Position numbers and translations under genes: made by a program
Origin: a virus
Taxonomy: Duplodnaviria; Caudoviricetes
DNA: 61,043 nt
Strand: one strand, 5' to 3'
Virus record (IMG/VR): IMGVR_UViG_3300025687_007811
Span: 1-61,043 of that record
In this document: piece after piece, positions 35,025 to 45,913 of the stretch
How positions within the stretch are numbered: position 1 is the stretch's first letter
How the letters are laid out: every line of letters begins with the position of its first letter
The notes under the pieces: generated by a model
Databases searched by the model: none
What the model was told of the DNA's origin: nothing
Seen by the model: only the letters and a program-made list of their open reading frames with translations

Positions 35025-35959
35025 AAATATTCTTTCATTACTTCGCAAACCTTCTTGGCCCTGCCAACCCAACAGTGCTCATTCGCCTGATTATCAATAA
35101 AATATCGAGACATCCTATTAAGTTTTTCATTATCACTTAATAGGTCCGTAATTTTTTCCTCAAAATCAGACAGGTTGTAGGAAAACTCAAGACAGTTCAC
35201 GTCTGGAATTAATATTTCCTTAAACTCTTCTGGAATTGTTGGACAGACAGGAATTGTTGAAGAGCCAAGTATCTCAAAACACCTAGCCGATATGTCACCA
35301 AACGGTGCCGGTGTACAAACCCATAATTTAGAATTAGCCATAGTTTTCGCATACAATAAATAATCATCAATAAAAGCCTTTGATGCGTCATCGCTGGCAT
35401 TCCAAAAAACATTGCAATCCATACGTGATAGTTTATCTCCTATTTTAACCCTGATATTTTCTGTCTCAAAAGCACCTTCCTTGTATAGTTTGTTTTGATG
35501 TAGGGCACCGCTAAACCCTATGTCAAAATCTCTTTGGGCTTTTCTTGAATAAAAAAATTCTGGATAATAGCCGTAGGTTAAAAGTTCTGTTCTTTTCCCT
35601 ATGATCTCGCCGTATTTTTTATACTGAGGTACAGTAGCAAATACGATGTCAACATCGTTGTTTCTACAGAACTCAAACTTTTTCTCTAAATTGTTTTGAG
35701 GTTTAAATAAGATGGCGGCGACTGGAACATCTAAGTTCTTGATGTGAATGAAGTAGTCAGAACCAAGCCACCCAAACCCAAAAATAACAAAATCGGGAAC
35801 AAAACCCGTTTCATTTATAACGGCTTTCAGGTCGTTAAATGGCTTATTGTATACAAAAACATTCGCGACTTCTTTTAAGCCATCACAAAGACCGTTGTAA
35901 TATTTATATTTATTCGATGTAGGTGAATAAACTATTGGATCAGCATACAAGATATTCAT
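35021..35959 (-). CDS. Glycosyltransferase (CgeB-like)
   Basis: DIGFSG, RCFEILG. Confidence 0.72.
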   Translation of the reverse strand: MNILYADPIVYSPTSNKYKYYNGLCDGLKEVANVFVYNKPFNDLKAVINETGFVPDFVIFGFGWLGSDYFIHIKNLDVPVAAILFKPQNNLEKKFEFCRNNDVDIVFATVPQYKKYGEIIGKRTELLTYGYYPEFFYSRKAQRDFDIGFSGALHQNKLYKEGAFETENIRVKIGDKLSRMDCNVFWNASDDASKAFIDDYLLYAKTMANSKLWVCTPAPFGDISARCFEILGSSTIPVCPTIPEEFKEILIPDVNCLEFSYNLSDFEEKITDLLSDNEKLNRMSRYFIDNQANEHCWVGRAKKVCEVMKEYL

Positions 35960-36543
35960 AAATTAAAACTTCTATAAAATGGACCTATTTGCCCTCTTAA
36001 ATATATGGTTTCTTCAAATATGTCAGAAAACGCCTTAAAAACTTCTTCATCTAAGTCTGTAAATCGCGATACCCTTTCTTTCCAAGAATTCTCAATATTC
36101 AGCCGTGAATCAATTTCCAAAAAATTAAGCAAATAATTATTACATTTTAAAATATCTTCATAAGAAACTAAACAAATATTGTTTGAATTATTTGATGCTG
36201 AAATCCATTTTTTGAACAAATTATTAATTCCAAAATCCAGCCTATGCTCTAGAATATATTCTATAGAGACATATTTAGGAATTTTATCATATGGTTGATT
36301 TAAATGTTTTAGATGATTTTTTATCCAATTGGGAGATTTTTTATTTCTTTTACAAAACGAAATAACGGCATTTATTGGATTAGAATGAATAAAAACTTGC
36401 TTATCGATATCTGTATTATTTATATCTAAAAATACATGAGGATTATGATCTTTATCAAAAACGTCAATATTTGTATTGCATTTGAAAAAATTAGTTATAA
36501 ATTTTAAACCGCTTCCACCATAAGAATAAAATCTAACTTTCAT
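35956..36543 (-). CDS. Sulfotransferase-like protein
   Basis: SYGGSG, NPINAVISF, VSYEDI. Confidence 0.55.
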   Translation of the reverse strand: MKVRFYSYGGSGLKFITNFFKCNTNIDVFDKDHNPHVFLDINNTDIDKQVFIHSNPINAVISFCKRNKKSPNWIKNHLKHLNQPYDKIPKYVSIEYILEHRLDFGINNLFKKWISASNNSNNICLVSYEDILKCNNYLLNFLEIDSRLNIENSWKERVSRFTDLDEEVFKAFSDIFEETIYLRGQIGPFYRSFNL

Positions 36544-37403
36544 TTTAATACTCCCGGTGCAATATCTTGAATATGCCTAAACTTACCTTGGTCATGGTAT
36601 CCATCAGAAACTACCGGAATCTCAGTAATTTCGGACTGAATGATGTGTGCAAAAATACTAATGATTTCATTATCACCCCATCTATACTTATAGATACCGC
36701 CACTCTTATTTACCTCATTAATCCACAATTTCCAAATATTGGTATCAAACACGGATGTATCTATAACGTATGTATCGCACCAATCAAGAAAATGAAAAAG
36801 GTATGGGTCATTTTTAAGTAGAACTTCTTGAAGCTGGCCCGAAGAAACATCTATCTTGTTGCTTTCAACGAACCTTTTAGTAAAATCAAAAAGACCAATC
36901 CTAGTGTCTAAATGGCCTTGATGTGGGTGTCCGTTCTTTAATCTTTTCCCGACAAAAAAGGCACCGATTTTATTACCGCTATCTTTTAGGATTTGTATCG
37001 GATCAAAATCAACAATCTTATTATATCCAGACTCATCATCATGAGTGATAATGTAATCGTAAATTTCTAGATTTGTGCCGGAATAGCCATAAAGATTTGA
37101 GTTAAAATTACACATGTGTAAATAGCCAAGTCGGGATTTTGGAAAACTAGACCTAACATAGCTAAGATAGTGTTTATGGTAGTATAAATCTGTCTCTTCT
37201 ATATGCTCTGGTATTTTATAATCAACTTTTTTGAATTCAACATTTTGATTATAGGTTTCTATCTTCACATTATCGTATATGTCATCAAAATAAAACACCT
37301 TAACTGGATAATCGTATTTATGATTGAAATGGTCCCACAAAGATTTTAAGCTAAGCTCTATACACTTTGTTCTTGAGGAAATGTATACTATGCATGTTTT
37401 CAT
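36540..37403 (-). CDS. GT15 (Kre2/Mnt1-like) mannosyltransferase
   Basis: GYLHMCNF, DDES, GGIYKYRWGD. Confidence 0.78.
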   Translation of the reverse strand: MKTCIVYISSRTKCIELSLKSLWDHFNHKYDYPVKVFYFDDIYDNVKIETYNQNVEFKKVDYKIPEHIEETDLYYHKHYLSYVRSSFPKSRLGYLHMCNFNSNLYGYSGTNLEIYDYIITHDDESGYNKIVDFDPIQILKDSGNKIGAFFVGKRLKNGHPHQGHLDTRIGLFDFTKRFVESNKIDVSSGQLQEVLLKNDPYLFHFLDWCDTYVIDTSVFDTNIWKLWINEVNKSGGIYKYRWGDNEIISIFAHIIQSEITEIPVVSDGYHDQGKFRHIQDIAPGVLK

Positions 37404-38215
37404 AATTCACCAAGTGCTATTTTTAAACTTTTAATACCATCGTCCAAGGTAGGTAATCTACCGCTGTTTTTAGTTTTAACAAAATTTATAAAATCATTTA
37501 ACTGTAATGCGATCTTATCTATTTTCTGATTAAGGTCTAAATTAAAACAGTCATCATTTTTAAGCTTGCCGTAAGCAAATCTCTTTGGTTTTACATGATC
37601 GTAAGAAAAGTAAGACGAGTCTATGTTAACAATATGATTACTGAAAACAAGATCTATATTACAAGTGGAGTAATTTCGTCCAAAACCAACATTGTATGAT
37701 CTAATTTCAAGAGGGTCTTCTTCTAAAACAAATCTTGCCAAATCAATGTCATGAACGGAAAGGTCTAAATTGACATCAACTCCATGATTTGAGTTTGGCG
37801 TTTTGCCAAGTCTTTGAAATCTTATAAACTTACAGTCTTTTAGTCTTTCAAGATCTTTGTTGTATCTTTCACAGTATCCAACAATTATATTGGAATATGA
37901 GGATGAGGGTATGTCATTGATTTCATTCAGTGATGAAACAACGGGCTTCTCAACAAGCATTGGAATATTGAAATGAGAATAATATCTTATTTGATTAATA
38001 TGATCTTTAGGAGGGGTGCATATTATTACAAAATCAGCATCATCGCAGTCTTTATTTACCGATATTTTGTTTGAGTATTTGTTATAAACCGGAGACTCTA
38101 ATGCGTTTTTGGGGTTTATATCTTCAATAAAAACGTGTGAAATCAAGCTATTAATGCAACACTTTTCTGCATAAATCATTCCCATTTTTCCGCCACCAAT
38201 AATTTTAGCTATCAT
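37400..38215 (-). CDS. Gfo/Idh/MocA oxidoreductase
   Basis: GGGKMG, VEKP, DLSVHDID. Confidence 0.88.
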   Translation of the reverse strand: MIAKIIGGGKMGMIYAEKCCINSLISHVFIEDINPKNALESPVYNKYSNKISVNKDCDDADFVIICTPPKDHINQIRYYSHFNIPMLVEKPVVSSLNEINDIPSSSYSNIIVGYCERYNKDLERLKDCKFIRFQRLGKTPNSNHGVDVNLDLSVHDIDLARFVLEEDPLEIRSYNVGFGRNYSTCNIDLVFSNHIVNIDSSYFSYDHVKPKRFAYGKLKNDDCFNLDLNQKIDKIALQLNDFINFVKTKNSGRLPTLDDGIKSLKIALGEL

Positions 38216-39005
38216 TGTATGACCCCTCTTCTATTCTTCTTGCAACTTCTTCTGCGATTGGGCAATTTCCAGTAATACCCCTTTTTATGTATGCTGGCTG
38301 ATCATAAACAACCTTTGGATAGTGTCCGTTTTGAGGTCCATAAATTCCTGTTTCTGCATTTATTCCAACCGAATGTAGTTTAATTCTTTCCAAAGCTAAT
38401 AAACATAATGGTTCCGCCAATCTAAAATTGAAACCAACGTGTTCGTGATTGTATTTCCCATCTTGTCCCTGATCACATATTGATCGTATTTTTTTCGCAT
38501 CAAGTCTTGAGTGTTTTGGAATACATATCATGCCACCCTCAAAAGTTGATACGTTCTTGGTCTTATAAAATGAAAAAGTTCCGCAGTCTCCAATAGTACC
38601 GCATCGACCAACACCAAAAGCCTGTGCTGTATCTTCTATTACGGGGATATTGTATTTGAGAGATATTCTCATTATTTCATCCATGTTGCAACTTCTGCCG
38701 TATAAGTGAACCGGAATGATCGCCCTTGTTCTTTTGGTTATCTTTTTTTCTATCTCTGCCGGATCAATCAGCAATGATTTAGGGTCTATATCAGCAAATA
38801 CTGGTTTTCCGCCGGAAATAACAATAGCATTAGATGTTGCGATGAAAGTAAGTGGCGTTGTAATAACTTCATCGCCGGGTTCCAAATCCATAGACCACAT
38901 AGCCGCTATAAGTGCTGATGTTCCACTGTTTACAGCTATACAATCTTGAAGATCGAATCTGTCTATTATGTATTTTTCGAATATGTCTCTAACTATTTGT
39001 GGCAT
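38205..39005 (-). CDS. DegT/DnrJ/EryC1/StrS aminotransferase (shortened)
   Basis: NSGTSAL, VHLYG, EDTAQA, FSFYKTKN..EGG. Confidence 0.9.
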   Translation of the reverse strand: MPQIVRDIFEKYIIDRFDLQDCIAVNSGTSALIAAMWSMDLEPGDEVITTPLTFIATSNAIVISGGKPVFADIDPKSLLIDPAEIEKKITKRTRAIIPVHLYGRSCNMDEIMRISLKYNIPVIEDTAQAFGVGRCGTIGDCGTFSFYKTKNVSTFEGGMICIPKHSRLDAKKIRSICDQGQDGKYNHEHVGFNFRLAEPLCLLALERIKLHSVGINAETGIYGPQNGHYPKVVYDQPAYIKRGITGNCPIAEEVARRIEEGSYNDS

Positions 39006-39894
39006 AATTTGTCCTAAAAATAAAATCTAGATAAAAATCTGATACTATATTCATATCATTTGTTGATTCGTATTTGTTTGATGTCTTTTTTGAAAAATCC
39101 AACTCGGGTGGTGAGTAAAGACGTAGCGGCTTAAAATCCCAGTCTTCTTCTGTAATTATAGTCGCTCCAAGCCCGGCCACTTCGAAAGTTCCGCCAGAAG
39201 ACGAGCATATAATATGACATCCAGCACCGCGAGCATCACAAACAACATTCGGACAATGATCAAGCCAAGCTAAGTGAATGAAATACTTTGACATTTTGTA
39301 TATCGAATAAAGTGTTTCTTGCGTGACATTACCAATATAACGTATTTTTTTATCCTTAGTTTTTTTCTCATATTCTCCGGCAATAACCAGTATATCATTG
39401 CTTGAAGAGTGTTCCTGAAAAAATCTTATATTCTCATTTAACCTCTTATGAGGTCTCCAAGACGATGCACAACACCATATATCTCCATTACACTCTAGTC
39501 TAGAACCTAAATCTGCTGTTATACTTTCAGCGGCTGCAATAGCTTCTAAATCAGCACCATTATGAATAACACAAGCGTTTGGATGCTCTGAAAAATATCT
39601 AGTAACCAATTCTTTGTTAAAATTTGATTGAAAAATTACTCCATGTGCGTTTCTGTATGTTTGCAATATAGGGTGGTTTTGTGCTACCCAGTTTTGATCG
39701 GTATTGAAGTATATGCCATCCAGTCTTTGATAAATTTCACCAGTACCTGATGATGAAAATATGAAAGATAGTTTCTTTCTAGATGACTGATCGATGGTAA
39801 CGCCTTTTCTCAGCATGTATTTCAACAATTTGTGACCAAAGGAGTTGGGTCCAGAATTAGATGCTGGAGAATAGTTTTCAATACAAAGGTTCAT
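38989..39894 (-). CDS. GT4 glycosyltransferase
   Basis: SGPNSF, HNGAD, DHCPNVVCDA. Confidence 0.8.
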   Translation of the reverse strand: MNLCIENYSPASNSGPNSFGHKLLKYMLRKGVTIDQSSRKKLSFIFSSSGTGEIYQRLDGIYFNTDQNWVAQNHPILQTYRNAHGVIFQSNFNKELVTRYFSEHPNACVIHNGADLEAIAAAESITADLGSRLECNGDIWCCASSWRPHKRLNENIRFFQEHSSSNDILVIAGEYEKKTKDKKIRYIGNVTQETLYSIYKMSKYFIHLAWLDHCPNVVCDARGAGCHIICSSSGGTFEVAGLGATIITEEDWDFKPLRLYSPPELDFSKKTSNKYESTNDMNIVSDFYLDFIFRTNYATNS

Positions 39895-40717
39895 ATGGCT
39901 TCCTACTTCTAATAATGTTGGCTAAATTGGTTTGCTCAACCGCATGTGTTTTATCTACATTATCCCCAAGTTTATTATACACATACAGATTCTTATCAAT
40001 ATACTTAGACCTTGATCCAGATATCTCAAGAACAGGCAGCATTATAGCTTGATCATAAGCGTATTTAAAATACGATCCATGAACCATTAGGTCAAACAAA
40101 GCAATTTCTTTCCAGATGTGGAACTTAAACGTTCTTAAATGAGACGCTCTCCATCTGTCTTGCCTGAAAGAGTTATTCTTAATTACATCCTGCGGATACT
40201 CAGAAGGTTCCACCCCCATGCGACGGTAGAGACCGTTTGCAAAATATGAATAACTTCCATACGTAGAAACACAGTCGTAATTACTGTATACATGATCAAG
40301 ATGATTTAAAACATTTGGACTTGAAAACCAATCATCACCATCAACCAGAATAACAACATCTTCATCATTGATATCACTATTTTGAATTGCATTTACTATA
40401 TTTTCTAGAGCGTATTTTCTTTCTTGGTTTGTTATGACTGAACAGTTTTCAAAATTACCCTCTTCTAAAACAGTATTAAGCATTAAGTTACTTGAATCGC
40501 AAGAGCAGTCATCTATAAAAATTACTTTAAAATTAGAGTATTTTTGGTTTAATGACACATAGGCATTGATGGCGATAAAATTCTCAATATTCCTAAACGG
40601 AGTAACTATTACAAATCTGGTATTTTCATTACTACTTTCATCAATATCAGGAAGATTTACATTCCATATATGAAATTGATTACTTAAAAAGTTTTTTACT
40701 CTATCACTTAAATTCAT
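39878..40717 (-). CDS. GT2 glycosyltransferase
   Basis: IDDCSCD, VDGDDW, ASHLRTF. Confidence 0.88.
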   Translation of the reverse strand: MNLSDRVKNFLSNQFHIWNVNLPDIDESSNENTRFVIVTPFRNIENFIAINAYVSLNQKYSNFKVIFIDDCSCDSSNLMLNTVLEEGNFENCSVITNQERKYALENIVNAIQNSDINDEDVVILVDGDDWFSSPNVLNHLDHVYSNYDCVSTYGSYSYFANGLYRRMGVEPSEYPQDVIKNNSFRQDRWRASHLRTFKFHIWKEIALFDLMVHGSYFKYAYDQAIMLPVLEISGSRSKYIDKNLYVYNKLGDNVDKTHAVEQTNLANIIRSRKPYEPLY

Positions 40718-41576
40718 TGTTTACTTCCTTCCAAAAAAAATCAGGTCTTCCCTTTAAATAATCCTCGGTATTTGAATTAAACCAATCTTCTGATGCGTGC
40801 TGAACATTACTGTTAATAACTAAATTTAGTCCTAAAAGTTTAGCTTCTATTGTGCATCTTGGACATGTGTCTTCTATTATTGGAAGAAAAACCATACCGG
40901 TATATTGCGAAAGTCTTTTTATATGATCATAGTATGGCTCAATTGGCAGAATGTCAAAATCTAAATTGTTTAATCTACAAAAATCAACCGCCTGATTAAG
41001 TCCTTTAGCCATACTGTGCCACCCCCCATAACCCTGAAGAATGGCATACTTATTATTCTTTGGTTCAGTTCTCAAGCGAGAAAATAAACTAAAATCATCC
41101 TTCATGAAACAGGAGCTTAATATTCTGGTTTTATCAATTTTTAATTCAATGTGCTGCAAAAATACATCTCTCTGTTTCTCTGACATAAAAAAGATTAAAG
41201 CGTCTTCTGCTATTTTGGTATAAATTTTTCTTATTATCGGAATAGCTGGACATCTGCATTGCTCTTTATTCCCTAATACAAAATGTGGAATAGTTCCTCT
41301 ATACGGACAATAATTATAGTCAAACTCTATTTTGACAATATTCTTCAGACTTAACAGGTTTTTTATCTCTTGGGAATTTAAATCAAACTGGTACAGGTGG
41401 GTTATATTGCCCAGTATCCAAACACTATCTCTGTACCTGTCTATTAAATCTGATGTAAGATCTGAACATCTAAGCATTAGCACATTTTCTAAATTAGGTT
41501 CCATTATAGCCTTATTGGTTAAACTCGTTCCACCAATCTCTATATTGGAATCATCAACAAAAACATAATCCATCAT
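40704..41576 (-). CDS. Putative GT-B glycosyltransferase
   Basis: GGTSLT, KG, DTCPRCTIEAKLLG. Confidence 0.65.
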   Translation of the reverse strand: MMDYVFVDDSNIEIGGTSLTNKAIMEPNLENVLMLRCSDLTSDLIDRYRDSVWILGNITHLYQFDLNSQEIKNLLSLKNIVKIEFDYNYCPYRGTIPHFVLGNKEQCRCPAIPIIRKIYTKIAEDALIFFMSEKQRDVFLQHIELKIDKTRILSSCFMKDDFSLFSRLRTEPKNNKYAILQGYGGWHSMAKGLNQAVDFCRLNNLDFDILPIEPYYDHIKRLSQYTGMVFLPIIEDTCPRCTIEAKLLGLNLVINSNVQHASEDWFNSNTEDYLKGRPDFFWKEVNNEFK

Positions 41577-42101
41577 CCACCCCCTTAGACCCCCATCGAA
41601 ATTGGTTGATCTAAAAATTAAGAGAAATCAAAACTCACCGTTAAACCAGCCCAACACTGAACACTTTGCAAGAAAGGGAAAAGGGTTATTAGTCAACACT
41701 AAAACTCGTTTAAGGTAAGACATACTGTCCCCGCCACCATTCCCGGTAGCGAAGACAAACAGGTAATAAAAAATAAAACCCTAGAAGAAAAAAATCTTAA
41801 CTTTAAAGCAGGGATGATTGATGATCTACAATTATGTCTCTTGGATCAACCGTTTCCGGGAGAAGATCAACGTTGGAGGCTCTTTGGGTTTCTCATTATT
41901 AACCTACGCACACCCCTACTTCTCTTTTTTCTTGCCTTCTGTTGGCTGTAAGCCGGGAAAAGAGTAACCGACACTACACTATATCCCCAGAATCACCGAA
42001 TTTTCAGATTTTCAGAAGAATTTTCGAATCTTGCCGAGCGGTCAAGGGTATAATGGGTTAGTAATTTAATTGAGTTGACGCAAAAACGAAAGGAAAAACG
42101 A

Positions 42102-42407
42102 ATGACTCAAAGAGAATTTTTAGTTGCTTTAAAGAGCACGGTGAACAGTTATCGGTGGGTTTATGAGGGAAATTCACTTGTTGGTACTGCTAAGTATGGT
42201 GCTGACAGGGGCGTAACTTACAACCCAGTTACGGCGGTTGCCAGAACGTTGCGTGTCGGCAATTACCCTAACACAAAGGCAGGAACAAGTCATGCAGCAA
42301 AAGCACTTGGCTTAACTGATGGATTGGTATCGGCTGTTTTATCGCAGTCAAACAGAGGTCACGCACAAATTATTCGCGGAAAACTACTAGAAACACTTTT
42401 TAACTAA
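42102..42407 (+). CDS. Hypothetical protein
   Basis: AAAGGA RBS after GGGTATAAT promoter motif. Confidence 0.7.
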   Translation: MTQREFLVALKSTVNSYRWVYEGNSLVGTAKYGADRGVTYNPVTAVARTLRVGNYPNTKAGTSHAAKALGLTDGLVSAVLSQSNRGHAQIIRGKLLETLFN

Positions 42408-42417
42408 GGAACGAAGA

Positions 42418-42762
42418 ATGAAACCGAATGAAGTAAAGTTTATTGGAAACTTGGTAAAAGACCCTCAAATTTTTGAAGGTCAAGACGGAGCTAAGTTTGG
42501 TCGCATGAGAATTGCGGTCAATACAAAGATTCGTGATCTAGAGGAAACCCTATATATTGACGTTAAAATCAATGACTACGCTATGCGTGATATTGAGTAT
42601 TTTGATGTCAAGAAAGGAAACAGGGTATTTGTCTCAGGACGACTTGTTCAGGAAGAATACAATGATGCAGATGGACGTGAAATCCGCGTTGTTGTTGTTA
42701 GAGCGGACAATATCTTCAAGATCGCAACCAAGCAGGCACAAGAAGAAGGCTCTGACTTCTAA
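42418..42762 (+). CDS. ssb: Single-stranded DNA-binding protein
   Basis: N.V.FIGNL.KDP, KG.RV.VSGRL, acidic DF tail. Confidence 0.9.
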   Translation: MKPNEVKFIGNLVKDPQIFEGQDGAKFGRMRIAVNTKIRDLEETLYIDVKINDYAMRDIEYFDVKKGNRVFVSGRLVQEEYNDADGREIRVVVVRADNIFKIATKQAQEEGSDF

Positions 42763-43001
42763 TGAGGACTGACAAAGTATCTGTAGTTTTAAGAAATGAC
42801 AAAGAACTAACATTTATTCTTGAGCACTCAAAGGCTGGTGAATTAATGGACCAGTTCTATGAACTATGTTCTGAGGGATTACTGGATAATCTACTAGAGG
42901 TTGTTGTAGCGTCTAATGACGAAAAGGCTAACGATACAGTTCTGATTAAATGTGATGAAATTGTTTATATGCGTCGTATTAAAGTTGACGGTTATGAATA
43001 A
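42762..43001 (+). CDS. Hypothetical protein
   Basis: TAATG coupling. Confidence 0.6.
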   Translation: MRTDKVSVVLRNDKELTFILEHSKAGELMDQFYELCSEGLLDNLLEVVVASNDEKANDTVLIKCDEIVYMRRIKVDGYE

Positions 43002-43162
43002 GAAATCTAAAGAAAAGAAAAAGTATCAACGAAAAAATAAAGTGAAAGAAAAGCTACAAAACCGTAGAGAGAAAATTAGGGAAGAGATCAGGGTTCAAAA
43101 GCTGTTGAATAGAATGATGTTTGAATCCGAGGAAAAAATTCAACCATACAGAAAAAACACCG

Positions 43163-44224
43163 ATGAAACTGAATCTTAACTGCCCAATAAATACAACGTC
43201 ATACGGTTACGTTTCGTCCTTCTTTATGAAGGAGTTGAAAGATATTGGGTGTGACCTTCGTTATATTCCAATATCTCAAAACAGTCCTGATGAAAATTTA
43301 ATAAAAGACCTAGAGCCGGTTCTTTCTCGTCAGGACTTTCATCATAATTCGCCATGTCTAAAGATATGGCACCAACACGGCCTTTTCCCATCATACGGGA
43401 AGGGGCCGTTTTTTGGCTTTCCCATATTTGAGTTAGACGAATTTAACGAAACGGAAAAGTTTTCGCTAAACTACCCGGATCATTTGATCGTTTGCTCACA
43501 GTGGGCAAAAGAGATTGTGAATAAAAACAATACACATGTTGTTCCACTTGGCTATAATGATGCCGTGTTTAAGCCAACATCAATGCCGAGCATGGACTTA
43601 ACTGTATTTGGTAATTTTGGCAAGTTTGAATTAAGAAAAGGTCATGATATACTAGCAGACGCCTTTCACAAAGCGTTTCAAAACGACAAAGACGTTCTTC
43701 TGGTTATGATGCCGCACAACTTCTTTTTAGATCAAAAAGAAACAAATGAATGGACATCAAAATATCTTCCTCTACTAGACGGTAAGATTCAGTTCGTTCC
43801 GCGACTGAAAACCCAAGATATGGTGTATAATATTATAGGGCAAATTCATTGTGGAGTATTCCCATCAAGGGCTGAAGGATGGAATCTCGAAGCCTTAGAA
43901 ACACTAGCCTGTGGAAAACACCTAATTATTACCAATTGTACTGGTCATACGGAATTCTGTAATAGTGATAATTCTCTTCTTATTGAAATGAACTCTGGAA
44001 AAGAAATCGCGTTTGACAATAAGTTTTTCAAATCCGGTGTCGGACGATGGAATTCTTTTGGTGATGACGAGTTTGATCAGCTAGTTGAACACTTGAGGTT
44101 TATACACAAGAAAAGAAAAGAAGGTAGCCTTGCGGTAAATACTGCCGGAATAAAAACGTCATTAGAATTCACTTGGGCTAAATCATCTCAAAAACTATTC
44201 AATGTAATTAAAGAGAATTCATAA
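43163..44224 (+). CDS. GT4 glycosyltransferase
   Basis: RKGHD, PSRAEGWNLEALE.LACG. Confidence 0.9.
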   Translation: MKLNLNCPINTTSYGYVSSFFMKELKDIGCDLRYIPISQNSPDENLIKDLEPVLSRQDFHHNSPCLKIWHQHGLFPSYGKGPFFGFPIFELDEFNETEKFSLNYPDHLIVCSQWAKEIVNKNNTHVVPLGYNDAVFKPTSMPSMDLTVFGNFGKFELRKGHDILADAFHKAFQNDKDVLLVMMPHNFFLDQKETNEWTSKYLPLLDGKIQFVPRLKTQDMVYNIIGQIHCGVFPSRAEGWNLEALETLACGKHLIITNCTGHTEFCNSDNSLLIEMNSGKEIAFDNKFFKSGVGRWNSFGDDEFDQLVEHLRFIHKKRKEGSLAVNTAGIKTSLEFTWAKSSQKLFNVIKENS

Positions 44225-44496
44225 TGTCAGAAAGAACCAGAAACGAAATAACATTTTACCTCAAAGACGATGGCAGTATTATCACTGAATATGCCTACGA
44301 GAATGTTGAAGCTTTTGCTTCTTTAATTAGTTGCTTGTTTTTAGGGGATCTGACTGAAGGTACAATCAATTATCTTATCAATCAATTTGATTTGCTTAAT
44401 GAAAAACGTGCCGTAACCCTTATGAATGAACTGTCCGTCAAATATTTTAAGAACAATCATGACGAACCCTTAATAAAGCCAAGCCAGTACAAGTGA
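44224..44496 (+). CDS. Hypothetical protein
   Basis: TAATG coupling. Confidence 0.6.
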   Translation: MSERTRNEITFYLKDDGSIITEYAYENVEAFASLISCLFLGDLTEGTINYLINQFDLLNEKRAVTLMNELSVKYFKNNHDEPLIKPSQYK

Positions 44497-44505
44497 GGTA
44501 CTAAC

Positions 44506-45117
44506 ATGTCAAGAAAAATAGCTTGGGAAAAATGGTGTAATGAAGAGCCGGAAGATCAAGTTCCAATGAACGATGATTTTATGGAAGATATAACAGAAGA
44601 TTTCGCTGCTGATTTTAATCTTAATTTCACTGACGCCTTTTTGTTTCAAAAAATCAATACACCTTTTGGCGAATTCCTTCCCGATGATCCAATGTGTCCT
44701 AACAACATGTTTGACTGCTGGGTTGCACATACGAACTTTCCAATAACTCAAGAGATAAGTGATATTATAGACAATCAAATTGAAGGCATTGGTGCATTCA
44801 AGGTAATGTCTAAATACAGATTCTTTATAGGCGTTGAAAGACTTTTTAGTTTTTCCGACGTTAGGCAGCAAATACAAAGGGTCTTGTGCGACGAATATGA
44901 TTTTGTAAAACTTAGTGTGGACAATCACAGTCAAATGCAGGAACTAAAAGAGACCTTTGGTTCAATTGGCGAAAATGAAAAATGGGCCGTTTTCCTTGGA
45001 CATGACAAAAAAGTACGTGTTCTAAGAATGTCTGAGTGTGTTTCCGAAGAAGATTATCAAGAAAAACTTGAGGAATTAAAATCCCTCAAAAACGGAAATA
45101 TTATCACTTGCGAATAA
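44506..45117 (+). CDS. Hypothetical protein
   Basis: GAGG RBS, 203 aa. Confidence 0.7.
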   Translation: MSRKIAWEKWCNEEPEDQVPMNDDFMEDITEDFAADFNLNFTDAFLFQKINTPFGEFLPDDPMCPNNMFDCWVAHTNFPITQEISDIIDNQIEGIGAFKVMSKYRFFIGVERLFSFSDVRQQIQRVLCDEYDFVKLSVDNHSQMQELKETFGSIGENEKWAVFLGHDKKVRVLRMSECVSEEDYQEKLEELKSLKNGNIITCE

Positions 45118-45205
45118 TTAAAACGGAGTATATAAAAGTAGGATCTGGATTTTTTTGTTATTTTGGATATAATGGAAAATACCGATAAGTAATGGAGAAA
45201 GAATA

Positions 45206-45832
45206 ATGGCATTACTTCCTACTGGTATTGTGGTTGGTACTAACGGAGTTTATAACTCAAGTCCAACTGAAGAAATTGGCGGCGTTTTAGTTGGTATTAC
45301 AAGTGCAACAACCGTAACTGCGGGCAATGTAATTACTCAAACTTTTCCTGTTAGCCAAAACGCAATTGATGATGGTAGAAACCGCAGGTCTGTTCCTGTT
45401 GAAGCAAGCGGTGCCGCACATGCGTTTAGCACCCAAAAAGCCTATTCCGCTGGAACATTCGCTTACGCACAGTCAGATTACATGGTTAGAACTGTAGCTA
45501 CAACTGTTAACGGTGTTGTTAACACAACTCTACTATTCGGAAACGAAGAGCACAGAGTTCATAGAAACATCGCTAACTCCCAAAAGGGTGCTTTGCTATC
45601 TACAGCATATCGTGCCGGTTACTGGCAAGCTCTTGGTGTTTCTGGTCAAAGAACTAACTGGACTACAAGTCCTACGACTGGTAACGTAACTTACAGATCA
45701 ACCACGAACAACGCTGTTACCGCATCTGATGAAGCGATTTACAAAACATACAAGTCTATTCCGGGTGAATTAACTTACATGTACGGTGCTATCGACGCAA
45801 ATCAGGATGATTACGCTGCTAGAACTCTATAA
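45206..45832 (+). CDS. Putative virion structural protein
   Basis: T/G/A/S-rich; own promoter, strong RBS and terminator. Confidence 0.5.
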   Translation: MALLPTGIVVGTNGVYNSSPTEEIGGVLVGITSATTVTAGNVITQTFPVSQNAIDDGRNRRSVPVEASGAAHAFSTQKAYSAGTFAYAQSDYMVRTVATTVNGVVNTTLLFGNEEHRVHRNIANSQKGALLSTAYRAGYWQALGVSGQRTNWTTSPTTGNVTYRSTTNNAVTASDEAIYKTYKSIPGELTYMYGAIDANQDDYAARTL

Positions 45833-45913
45833 TAATCGCTTTTAAAAAACAAGAAGTTTCAAGGGGGTATAAGTTTCAAACTTTGCCCCCTATTTTTTAC
45901 TATAAGGTATATT

